34,633 nucleotides of DNA, taken from contig JAYZBV010000003.1 of the NCBI GenBank assembly GCA_036338595.1, forward strand, positions 1-34,633, in the 5' to 3' direction. Under the pieces are notes generated by a model that saw only the letters and a program-made list of their open reading frames with translations, did not search any database and had not been told where the DNA came from. This document shows, one piece after another, positions 8,262-16,986 of this stretch (the stretch's first letter is position 1; each line of letters begins with the position of its first letter). The position numbers and the translations under genes were made by a program. The stretch is from Planctomycetota bacterium (lineage in GTDB: Bacteria > Planctomycetota > UBA8108 > UBA1146).

Positions 8262-10322
8262 ATGGCTTTCACGAGATTTATCGGCAGTCTGCTGATGTTA
8301 TTGTTCCTCTCAGCTCCTGCGCTCGAAGCAGGGGGGACACCGCTGTCTACCCGGCGAATCGCCAGCGGAGTCTCTCGTCCAGTGCTGGTGACGGCCCCAG
8401 AAGGGGATTTTGAGCGTCTCTTCATCGTCCAGCAGCAGGGAACAATCCGCGTCTACGACATGACCAACGCTCAACTGATCTCGACCCCATTCCTCGATAT
8501 CAACTCGATCGTCGGGGGTGGCACTTCAGGCGCAGATGAACGAGGACTACTCGGTCTTGCATTTCATCCGGACTACTCCAGTAACGGCTACTTCTACGTT
8601 TACTACACCAACAATGCTTCGAATACGACGGTGGCTCGCTATTCGGTGTCATCGACGAATCCAAATGTGGCAAATCCATCCAGTGCACAGATCGTTCTGA
8701 CTCAGAATCAACCATATTCCAACCACAACGGTGGAATGCTGGAGTTCAGCCCCATCGATGGCTACCTGTACATCGGGCTCGGAGATGGCGGCAGCGCCAA
8801 CGATCCCCAGGGCAATGGACAGAACCCCAATACCAAGCTGGGTAAAATGCTGCGGATCGATGTCGATGGCGGCACACCCTATTCGATTCCTGCAGATAAT
8901 CCTTTCGCCGGTCCCGGCTCACCTCTGGATGAGATCTGGGCGACCGGGTTGCGGAATCCGTGGCGCTTCTCTTTCGACAGACTGACCGGAGACCTCTACA
9001 TCGCAGATGTGGGGCAGTACAACTGGGAAGAGATCAACATCCAGTTGTCGAGTTCTACAGGTGGAGAGAATTACGGTTGGCGCTGCATGGAAGGCAACAA
9101 CTGTACGAACATGTCCGGTTGTACCTGCAACTCCAGTGCGCTGACCGATCCGCAACAGGTCTACAACCACGGCAGCGGGTGCTCGATCACCGGTGGCAAT
9201 GTTTACAGTGGCTGTGCGATGCCAGACATGCAGGGCATCTATTTCTATGCAGACTGGTGTTCCAACCAGATCTGGTCGTTCCGCTACAACGGAACCAATG
9301 TCACCGAGTTCACGACCAGAAGTTCTGAACTGAATCCTCCCGGCTCCCAGAGCATCACCGGTATCGCAGGATTCGGGCAGGATGCCTACGGCGAGGTCTA
9401 CATATGCGACTGGTCCGGTGGCGAGATCTTCAAGATCGTTCCCGCAGACATCGCCAGTCTCGACCTCAACGGCAACTTCATCGTCGATTCCTGTGAATGC
9501 GCCATCGGAAACACGACCGATTGCAACAATAACGGCGAACCAGATGCCTGTGATATCGCTTCCGGAATTGAAGTCGATTGTGATGGCGATCTGATTCCTG
9601 ACTCTTGCCAGACCCCGACCACTGATTGCGATTCAAATGGTGTCGAAGACTCTTGTGATATCGAAGCGGGTGCCGAGGATTGCGACGCAGACGGGATACC
9701 CGACATCTGCCAGCTGGCAGCCAATGATTGCAATGACAACGGAGTTCACGATGCTTGTGACATCCAGAATGGAACCGTCGTCGATTGCGACTTCGATAAC
9801 ATTCCCGATCTGTGTGAAATCGCAGCAGGAACCGCAGAAGATTGCAACAGCAACACGCTCCTCGACAACTGTGAGATTGACCTGGGGATAGCCGATGATT
9901 GCAACGGGAACGGGTCCATCGATGATTGTGAGATCGATGCGGGAACGACTGCAGACTGCAATTCGAACAACATTCCCGACAGTTGCGACATTGACAGTGG
10001 TGCCGAAACGGATGCAGATGCCAATGGGATTCCGGATAGTTGCGAATCGGCGAGTTTCAGAAGGGGAGATCCCAATGATGACGGCGTTGTGAACATCGCC
10101 GATGTTGTCAGGGCTCTGGGTTTCCTGTTCAGCGGCCAGCCGGATCCGTCGTGCCTATCTGCAGTGGATTGCAATGACGATGGCGAGATCGACATCTCGG
10201 ATCCAGTGGCGCTGCTGGGCTATCTGTTCGGATCTTCCTCGCTCCCGGCGCCAGGGGAGACGTGTGGTATCGATCCGACTCCCGATTCCATTACCTGTCT
10301 GAGTTACGATTCTTGCCCTTGA
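8262..10322 (+). CDS. Secreted PQQ-dependent glucose/sorbosone dehydrogenase-family beta-propeller with Cys/Asp repeats and a C-terminal dockerin-like module
   Basis: Signal peptide. GSDH motifs ERGLLGLAFHP, NHNGG, LYIGLGDGG, GKMLRID, GLRNPWRFSFD, ADVGQ..WEE, NYGW. Then 11 repeats and an FRRGDPNDDGVVNIAD...DCNDDGEIDISD tail. Confidence 0.9.
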   Translation: MAFTRFIGSLLMLLFLSAPALEAGGTPLSTRRIASGVSRPVLVTAPEGDFERLFIVQQQGTIRVYDMTNAQLISTPFLDINSIVGGGTSGADERGLLGLAFHPDYSSNGYFYVYYTNNASNTTVARYSVSSTNPNVANPSSAQIVLTQNQPYSNHNGGMLEFSPIDGYLYIGLGDGGSANDPQGNGQNPNTKLGKMLRIDVDGGTPYSIPADNPFAGPGSPLDEIWATGLRNPWRFSFDRLTGDLYIADVGQYNWEEINIQLSSSTGGENYGWRCMEGNNCTNMSGCTCNSSALTDPQQVYNHGSGCSITGGNVYSGCAMPDMQGIYFYADWCSNQIWSFRYNGTNVTEFTTRSSELNPPGSQSITGIAGFGQDAYGEVYICDWSGGEIFKIVPADIASLDLNGNFIVDSCECAIGNTTDCNNNGEPDACDIASGIEVDCDGDLIPDSCQTPTTDCDSNGVEDSCDIEAGAEDCDADGIPDICQLAANDCNDNGVHDACDIQNGTVVDCDFDNIPDLCEIAAGTAEDCNSNTLLDNCEIDLGIADDCNGNGSIDDCEIDAGTTADCNSNNIPDSCDIDSGAETDADANGIPDSCESASFRRGDPNDDGVVNIADVVRALGFLFSGQPDPSCLSAVDCNDDGEIDISDPVALLGYLFGSSSLPAPGETCGIDPTPDSITCLSYDSCP
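9462..10046 (+). repeat. 11 tandem D-C-[ND]-x-[ND]-G-x-x-D-x-C-[DEQ] protein repeats (thrombospondin type-3-like, probable Ca2+ binding)
   Basis: Units read from the translation: DLNGNFIVDSCE, DCNNNGEPDACD, DCDGDLIPDSCQ, DCDSNGVEDSCD, DCDADGIPDICQ, DCNDNGVHDACD, DCDFDNIPDLCE, DCNSNTLLDNCE, DCNGNGSIDDCE, DCNSNNIPDSCD, DADANGIPDSCE. Confidence 0.9.
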
Positions 10323-10349
10323 GGCATCATATCGGTCATTGAAGAGCAG

Positions 10350-10389
10350 GCGGGATCTGGCGAAGTATCGCCAGATCCCGCTTTTTCTT
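10350..10389 (+). terminator. Rho-independent terminator
   Basis: Perfect 14-bp stem GCGGGATCTGGCGA-agta-TCGCCAGATCCCGC followed by TTTTTCTT, 27 nt after the upstream stop. Confidence 0.9.
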
Positions 10390-10463
10390 GCGTCGATGTT
10401 ATTCTTTTGAAACGAGATTCTCTTCATCGGTCTCCCGGCGACGACCCGGAAAACAGAAAGTGA

Positions 10464-12284
10464 ATGGGGACGAGAATGTTCCGCTCCGGGCAACTCATTT
10501 CATTTCTGGTCGTGGTTGTGGCGATCGCATCACTGGGTCCATTGCTCTACCTCCATCAACTATGGCTGGTCGAAGGTGCCAACTACTCTCAACTCATTAC
10601 AAGGTTATCTACCGTGCGAGAAGGAGTTGCTGAGGCACACCTCTGGGCAGAAGAGTTGATCACCGGCGATACGACCCAGGACATTGCCGAGGTCCGTGAG
10701 CGCTTTTCAGATGCCCATCGTGCAGCAGCCGAGTTCCTGGAATTTCTGCCTGAGAAGGGTGGTGGAGTGATTTCGACGGTGGTCGATGGAACAGCCATCA
10801 AGGAACATGCGGAGATCCTTGCCCATGAGATCGTTTCTCTGGAGGAAGCAGCAGATGCCAGGCTGGCTGCTCGGGCTGCCAGCTTCGCAGGATCAGAAAG
10901 TGACATCTCCTTCGATTCCATCTACAAACGTGTGCTAGATAAGACCCGTCTGATCGAAAGCACCGTTTCTGACCACCAGCAGCTAGCCACCGAGAGGAAC
11001 CTCAGGAATCATCGGCTCACCCTGTTGATCTGGGCAGCCACTCTGGCTGGTACTGCGTTGACACTGTTATTTCTCAGGCATCGTCAGCAGACGATGGAAG
11101 ATGACAAGCGGTTGATGGAGTCCAGATTCCAGGAGGCTCAAAAACTCGAAAGCCTGGGTGTTCTCGCCGGCGGAATCGCTCACGATTTCAACAATCTGCT
11201 CCAGGCGATTTCAGGCAATGCAAGCCTGTTGCTGCATGATATAGAACTTCCTGAACAGATCCGGGACCAGGTGCTTGAGATCGATGGGGGAGCTCAGAAA
11301 GCCTCCGAACTGACATCCCAGATGCTCGCCTATGCCGGCAAGGGACGGCTCAACGAAATTGTCGTGCAGTTCGATGCGATGGTCGAAGAAATCGCCTCCC
11401 TGGTACGGCTGTCGGTGCCCAAGACGGTTCCAGTTCTCTACGAAATGAAAGCGGGCGATGCTTGTATCCGCTGCAATCAGACCCAGTTGCAGCAGGTCGT
11501 GATGAACCTGGTCATCAACGCTGCGGAAGCTTCGCATGATGATCCTCTACCGGTCGAGGTGATTACTTATTCTAGAACATTTGAGGCCCCAGAACTGATC
11601 GATAGTGTCTCCACAGCGGAGATGTGTGAGCCAGGAGAGTACGTCGTATTCGAGGTCCAGGATCATGGCACAGGCATGTCTGACGAGACTCTGGAGCGTT
11701 GCTTTGAGCCCTTTTTCTCGACCAAGTTCACGGGTAGGGGACTCGGGCTTGCAGCGGTGCACGGGATTGTTCGGGCGCATCAAGGCCTGCTCAAGGTGAA
11801 GACGGAGCTCGGTAAGGGTACCAATTTCCAGGTGTTTCTGCCGCGCAGTTTCGAGGACCCCGACGTCCAGGAGGTGGTCTCATCTGTACCCACCTATTCT
11901 GGAATCGGTCGCAAGGCTCTGGTCATCGATGACGATCCGATGGTTCGCAAGATCATGGTCAGGATGCTCGAGAGAATCGGATACGAGGTTGCATCTGAAG
12001 AGAGTGGTCAGAGTGGGATAGAGTGTATCACGGAGTCAGGCGGCAAATTTCATGTCGTGATCGTGGACATGGAGATGCCCGGGCAGAACGGGCTCGAAGT
12101 GGGGAAGATCATCAAAGAGAAGTGGAGTTATCTTCCGCTGGTACTCTCCAGTGGTTATAGCAAGGATTTGATTCAGGATGGCGGCCCGTTCAGTTCCTTC
12201 ATCCAGAAACCCTATACGCTGACATCGATGGCACAGGTCGTGAACTCTGTTGCGCTGGATGTGGATGGACTGCCCAGCCCCTAG
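10464..12284 (+). CDS. Membrane hybrid sensor histidine kinase / receiver (CckA-like HDFNN class)
   Basis: Two TM segments around a periplasmic domain. QKLESLGVLAGGIAHDFNN (H-box), MNLVINAAEA (N), DHGTGM (G1), FEPFFSTK (F), GRGLGL (G2). Receiver VIDDD...VDMEMP...SGY...QKP. Alternative start ATG 10476. Confidence 0.95.
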   Translation: MGTRMFRSGQLISFLVVVVAIASLGPLLYLHQLWLVEGANYSQLITRLSTVREGVAEAHLWAEELITGDTTQDIAEVRERFSDAHRAAAEFLEFLPEKGGGVISTVVDGTAIKEHAEILAHEIVSLEEAADARLAARAASFAGSESDISFDSIYKRVLDKTRLIESTVSDHQQLATERNLRNHRLTLLIWAATLAGTALTLLFLRHRQQTMEDDKRLMESRFQEAQKLESLGVLAGGIAHDFNNLLQAISGNASLLLHDIELPEQIRDQVLEIDGGAQKASELTSQMLAYAGKGRLNEIVVQFDAMVEEIASLVRLSVPKTVPVLYEMKAGDACIRCNQTQLQQVVMNLVINAAEASHDDPLPVEVITYSRTFEAPELIDSVSTAEMCEPGEYVVFEVQDHGTGMSDETLERCFEPFFSTKFTGRGLGLAAVHGIVRAHQGLLKVKTELGKGTNFQVFLPRSFEDPDVQEVVSSVPTYSGIGRKALVIDDDPMVRKIMVRMLERIGYEVASEESGQSGIECITESGGKFHVVIVDMEMPGQNGLEVGKIIKEKWSYLPLVLSSGYSKDLIQDGGPFSSFIQKPYTLTSMAQVVNSVALDVDGLPSP

Positions 12285-13579
12285 GAAGTTCCCTGTGTGG
12301 TGAAGATCCTGTTCGAGGTCGCTGGATCTCGCCTCTTACCCCGAATTACCGTCTCGGCGACCTGGCCCGGAAACCGGATACCCTCAAATGGAGACCAGCC
12401 AGCGCGGCTGCGGATCTGAGTTCTCTCCACCAGCCATTCCTCTCGCAGGTCGATCACGGTGATGGAAGCCAGAGATCCCGGCTGAAGGTCTCCCAGAACT
12501 CCATCGTGAAATGCCCCGAATAGTCTGGCAGGTGTGGTGGATGCGCGGTCGATGAGCACAGGCCATGGAACCCCTTCTCTCGCCAGATGACACAGAAATC
12601 CTCCGAAGGTATCGAGCAGTGGAACTCCGGAGATCCCCTCATCATTCTCTGCCAGGGAGTGGGGAGCATGATCGGTGGCGATACAGTCGATCGCTCCCGA
12701 GATGAGACCTTGCAGCAGTGTATGACGGTCCGCTGGTGATCGAAGCGGAGGATTCATCTGGAGCCACTGACCACATTCGAACTGGTGCCGATTCTCGATG
12801 TCGAAACAGAGGTGGTGAGGTGCGACCTCGGTGGTGACATGCTGTCCACCCCGACGAGCGTCCTCGATGACGGCGAGGCCATCCGCAGTCGAGAGATGGG
12901 CAATGTGGGGATGGATGTCCAGTCGCTTGCAAATCGTCAAGATCGTTCGGATCGCCTCGACCTCCGCTTCGGGTGGACGTCGCTGTTCATGAGTCGGGCG
13001 GTCGGTATTACTGGCCAGGATCGCAGGATCCTCGGCATGAAACATCACGAGCTCGCCGCTGAAGGGAGACAACACCTCGGCAACCGCAGAATCACCCCAG
13101 GAGTCGATGTCACCGACGCTGGGTCCAAAGTAACACTTCCAGGGGATATCGTTGCGATACGGTCTTCCCCCTCTTGTGAGCAAACCGTAGAGCACAACAT
13201 CGACGAGCGATTTCTCATCGGCGAGTTGGCGTTTTCTCCGGTAGGAGTCTGCATCCGTGGGGGGATCCGGGTTGTTGGGCATGTCGCCGAGTAAGACGAC
13301 TCCACCGTGGATCGCTGCCTCGCTGGCGCTCCGATAGTCTTCCTTGTGGCGCTGCGATCCTCCCGGGTCATCACGACAATGAACGTGGATATCGATGAAC
13401 CCGGGGCAGACGATCACACCCTCGGGCCAGACCACATCAGGAGTTCCGTCGAGATCTCCCCGTTCGAGAATGGTCCCGCTGTCGCTACAGATGCGCAGAC
13501 GAGATTGGCAACTGCCGGTCGATTCGAGCAGTTCCCCCTCGATCAACCAGGTCGAACTGTCAGTTGAGTTACCGGGCAT
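12281..13579 (-). CDS. pyrC: Dihydroorotase-family cyclic amidohydrolase
   Basis: PGFIDIHVHCRD, DMPNN, Lys in WKCYFG, HAED, HIAHLST, EVAPHHL, MNPPLR, ATDHAPH, GWSPFEG. The Arg and Asn substrate residues favour dihydroorotase over allantoinase. Confidence 0.8.
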   Translation of the reverse strand: MPGNSTDSSTWLIEGELLESTGSCQSRLRICSDSGTILERGDLDGTPDVVWPEGVIVCPGFIDIHVHCRDDPGGSQRHKEDYRSASEAAIHGGVVLLGDMPNNPDPPTDADSYRRKRQLADEKSLVDVVLYGLLTRGGRPYRNDIPWKCYFGPSVGDIDSWGDSAVAEVLSPFSGELVMFHAEDPAILASNTDRPTHEQRRPPEAEVEAIRTILTICKRLDIHPHIAHLSTADGLAVIEDARRGGQHVTTEVAPHHLCFDIENRHQFECGQWLQMNPPLRSPADRHTLLQGLISGAIDCIATDHAPHSLAENDEGISGVPLLDTFGGFLCHLAREGVPWPVLIDRASTTPARLFGAFHDGVLGDLQPGSLASITVIDLREEWLVERTQIRSRAGWSPFEGIRFPGQVAETVIRGKRRDPATSNRIFTTQGTS

Positions 13580-15807
13580 CAGCGAACTCCACCGGTGGGA
13601 TCCTGTGGATAGATGATCAAGCGATCATGCACGAGGATGGCAACATCTTGCAGACCGTCGCCGTCAAAGTCTTGCACCATGACGCGACGAGGCTCGATCG
13701 CTCGACCTCCGCCGCGAAACAGCTTTTTCTCGAATACAGGGAAGCGAAGTGCACTGGAAAAGAGGTTGTTGCCACCTGCGAAAATCTCCAGTTCGCTGCG
13801 GACACCATCGACCACGATCAGGTCGTTGATGCCGTCGTCATTGAGGTCTCCCATGGCGAGTGCCGTCGACCTGCCATTCTCTTCCTCGTGTCTCCTTGTG
13901 AAGACCTCCGTCGCTGTCCATTCCAACTGGGTCGGCCGGACAACCAGCAGGGATCGCTCGCCCAGCAGCAGGATCTCGTCGAATCCATCCCCGTCGAGAT
14001 CGATGGCCCGGGCCCGTTTCACCTTTTGATAAGGCCCTTCGACCGAGGCATAGACTCCAGTCTCGTCGCAGAGGTGAAGCAAGTGCTGGCCGGCATCGAC
14101 GAGCACCATCTGAGCACGTCCACCATCATCGAGATGTACAGGAATCGCCTGGACCACTCGAGCAGAACCACCGGGCGCATCGATCTGGCGCAGCACCTGT
14201 GCCTCGGAGTTGTCGACCGAGATGATCCTGCAGCGGCCCTCTCGGGCGATGAGCAATTGACCATCGACTCCCGCTTGTACATTTCCGCCCGATTCTACCG
14301 TGGCGGGGATCTGGATCGGATCGATCTGTTTGTCGCCGATTCGGAAGAACCTGGGCGTTTCGAAGGGGATCTCGACGACTGCGATTCTGGTTCCATCTGC
14401 ATCGGGGAAGAGATGCAGCGCAGACGGTTCACGGTCCGATTTCAGCAAGATGGAGTGCCCCCCGACGATGGGCCATTCGATCAGCCGGTAGGTGGGTTTT
14501 GCGCGGGATGATCGATCTGGATCCTTCACGACATGCAAACTGACCAGGGGAGATGCATCATCGGTGCCTGCGATGCCGATCAACGAATCGATCTCATCTC
14601 CATCGATGAGAGCCGGAAAAGAGAATCCGGATTTCTGTGGAACCGAAGAACCGGCACCGCCTTCTTCGGGGCTGGTGACGATCACCTGGCCTCGATGGAT
14701 CAATATCGATCTGGGTTTCTTGAGGGTAGGTGACTTTGCACCCGCTGTGAGGAGTCCGCCTTCATTCCAGAAGGGTCGAAGTAGTGAACTCTCGCGATCA
14801 GAGATCACTATATCTGGATCTCCATCGCCGTCGATATCACCGACAGCAAAATCACCGGCTCCGATCCCCTCCGGCGAGAGAGGGTATACATCCGGGTTCG
14901 GCAGTAATTGTCTACCGCGACCTCGATCGAGGCGAACTCCTCGAAGTACTGGTCTGGACCGGTCCGACATCATCAACAGTGTGCCTTCCGCTGTGGGGAC
15001 GACCCCCAGCAACCGGGCATCTTCTGCCTCGAGCAGGATTTCAGCTCCCCACCCCAGGACAGTGCCAGGTCTGAGACGAAGCGGGTGCAGGCGGTCGGTC
15101 GCTGCAGTACTGACGGTCAATAAATCCTCGTGGCCGTCTCCATCGATGTCGGCGCGATGGATGGAAATCGGATTTGCAGCGGTCCCGGTCAGGGTTTCAA
15201 TATCGGGGACACCGTCGCGAGATACATCTCTGATCTCGTGAATTCCCTCCTTCGAGAGCACGCGGATCACAGGTCCCTCTGGATCTCCCGTATCGACATC
15301 GAGGGTCTGATCGCCACGCGCGATCTCTCGCAAGCGGATTCGAAGTTCGGTACGGAATCGGCTGCTGTCAGCTGCCCCCCAGCGGATCTCGATCCGGTTG
15401 GCATCGGGGCAACACAGGATCATGTCCGGAAATCCATCCCCATCGAGATCTCCGCTTCCGAGCGCCTCGACATCGGAGCGCACAGGTATCGCAATCCGAC
15501 TCCATCCGTCAGGATCGACGAGGGTATTCCCCCCTTCTCGATGGGTGAAGCCGACCACCCCTGGATCGCGCAGTAGCAGGATCAACTCTCCCCGGTTCGA
15601 GTCCCACACGACCAGATCTTGATCGCCATCTGCATCGAGGTCTGTCGAATGCCAGGGGCCCCCTGCTGCAGAGAGCCTGAATACGAGCATATCAGAGAAG
15701 CCGAAGGCGCCGTCTGCGGCTCTGAGGGGACTCATCACTGCCCCCGGAAGAAGCATCAGTGCCAACAGCAGCAGTCCTCTCAGAGGTGTCAGATCAGGGT
15801 GGGTCAT
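13579..15807 (-). CDS. Secreted FG-GAP/VCBS-repeat beta-propeller protein (~742 aa)
   Basis: ATG 15807 with AGGAGG SD and a signal peptide. At least 7 DxDxDGxxD loops (DLDADGDQD, DLDGDGFPD, DIDGDGHED, DIDGDGDPD, DLDGDGFDE, DLNDDGIND, DFDGDGLQD). The stop overlaps the pyrC start (TGATG). Confidence 0.88.
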   Translation of the reverse strand: MTHPDLTPLRGLLLLALMLLPGAVMSPLRAADGAFGFSDMLVFRLSAAGGPWHSTDLDADGDQDLVVWDSNRGELILLLRDPGVVGFTHREGGNTLVDPDGWSRIAIPVRSDVEALGSGDLDGDGFPDMILCCPDANRIEIRWGAADSSRFRTELRIRLREIARGDQTLDVDTGDPEGPVIRVLSKEGIHEIRDVSRDGVPDIETLTGTAANPISIHRADIDGDGHEDLLTVSTAATDRLHPLRLRPGTVLGWGAEILLEAEDARLLGVVPTAEGTLLMMSDRSRPVLRGVRLDRGRGRQLLPNPDVYPLSPEGIGAGDFAVGDIDGDGDPDIVISDRESSLLRPFWNEGGLLTAGAKSPTLKKPRSILIHRGQVIVTSPEEGGAGSSVPQKSGFSFPALIDGDEIDSLIGIAGTDDASPLVSLHVVKDPDRSSRAKPTYRLIEWPIVGGHSILLKSDREPSALHLFPDADGTRIAVVEIPFETPRFFRIGDKQIDPIQIPATVESGGNVQAGVDGQLLIAREGRCRIISVDNSEAQVLRQIDAPGGSARVVQAIPVHLDDGGRAQMVLVDAGQHLLHLCDETGVYASVEGPYQKVKRARAIDLDGDGFDEILLLGERSLLVVRPTQLEWTATEVFTRRHEEENGRSTALAMGDLNDDGINDLIVVDGVRSELEIFAGGNNLFSSALRFPVFEKKLFRGGGRAIEPRRVMVQDFDGDGLQDVAILVHDRLIIYPQDPTGGVR

Positions 15808-15970
15808 GAATCTCCTCCTATTTTGCTGCTTGAGACTACCGGCCACCACGGGAAGTGGCGTACAAGCGCTGGTAGAACCTTGCAGAACAACTCTCCCACG
15901 CGCAATATGTTTGATCGTGGATTGTCCGGCTCGCCGGTCAGATTCGGGTCCTGAAGCAGGGAGAGTAGGC

Positions 15971-16930
15971 GTGAGATTGATGGCATTCATCCTGGTTGTT
16001 GCCCTTTCTGGAGCCCAGGCACCCCCCAATGACGAAATCGCTACCGCTCCCACGGCAAAGCGCGAGTTGATCGAACTGGTCGGAGGCAATTCAGTTTCCG
16101 GAAGTGTCATCAAGGAAGACGACGAAAAACTCTTCGTCGACATCGGCCCCACCATCATCCAGATACCCCTCAATTCAGTGATCACCCGGCGGCAGATCAG
16201 TGCCACGGGGGAGGCGGTGGAGCGGGCGGATGTAGAGACCATTTACCAGATCGGACCGGGAGTTCCGCTGCCGCTACAGGAAGCGGAGAGTCATGCCCGA
16301 GGATCTGTGGTTCGGGTGCTGGCGGGAGGTGGTCTCGGCAGTGGTTTCATCATCAGTGATGATGGACTGGTGATCACGAATGTGCATGTCGTCGAGGGAG
16401 AGAGGGACATTCAACTCACCGTTTATCTCGACGATGCGGTCGGGGGTGCTCGCAAGCAGCAGATCGAGAATGTCGAGATCGTCGCTCTCAATCCATTTCT
16501 CGACCTGGCCCTGTTGAGAATCCCGGATGCAAGCAAGCTACCATTGAAATCGGTCAAGTTTGCGGCTGCAGGATCGTTGGATCGCAGTCAAAAGGTGTTT
16601 GCGGTCGGAACTCCGCGAGGCTTCGAGCGAACAGTGAGCGAAGGGATCATCTCTGATCCATATCGCAGCTTCGAGGGTCAGGTTTACATCCAGACCACAA
16701 CTCCGATCAACCCCGGAAATTCTGGAGGCGCTCTCTTCAACGAGGCGGGCGAGGTGATCGGGGTCACGAACATGAAAATTCTGCAGTCCGAGGGGCTCAA
16801 TTTTGCGATTCCGCTAGATCAGGTGAAGTTTTTCATCGATCGTAGGGAGGCCTTTCTCTTCGACGAGAGCCAACCAAATACGGGAGTGCGATACATTCCA
16901 CCCCCCAGAAAGAACCAACCCGGGGATTGA
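15971..16930 (+). CDS. Secreted trypsin-like (S1C/HtrA-like) serine protease lacking PDZ domains
   Basis: GSGFII, TNVHVV (His), DLALL (Asp), INPGNSGG (Ser), GLNFAIP; hydrophobic N-terminus. Start GTG 15971 or ATG 15980. Confidence 0.92.
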   Translation: MRLMAFILVVALSGAQAPPNDEIATAPTAKRELIELVGGNSVSGSVIKEDDEKLFVDIGPTIIQIPLNSVITRRQISATGEAVERADVETIYQIGPGVPLPLQEAESHARGSVVRVLAGGGLGSGFIISDDGLVITNVHVVEGERDIQLTVYLDDAVGGARKQQIENVEIVALNPFLDLALLRIPDASKLPLKSVKFAAAGSLDRSQKVFAVGTPRGFERTVSEGIISDPYRSFEGQVYIQTTTPINPGNSGGALFNEAGEVIGVTNMKILQSEGLNFAIPLDQVKFFIDRREAFLFDESQPNTGVRYIPPPRKNQPGD

Positions 16931-16986
16931 CCCGCAATTCCCTGATTATTGCGGGCCGTGATTTGCCCGTGGAAGGAGATACCAGC

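Noticed and set aside
9462..10046. CRISPR-like or DNA-level tandem array
   Set aside because: The periodicity is at protein level, with degenerate codons and in-frame variable spacing. No identical DNA repeats or cas genes occur in the window.
15841..15860. GCCAC...GGGAAG resembling part of a cobalamin riboswitch
   Set aside because: The other core elements and the B12 box are missing, and the flanking genes are unrelated to B12.
15808..16242. N-terminal extensions of the FG-GAP ORF (to 16242) and the protease ORF (from 15806), implying head-to-head overlap
   Set aside because: SDs and signal peptides place the starts at 15807 (-) and 15971/15980 (+), so there is no real overlap.
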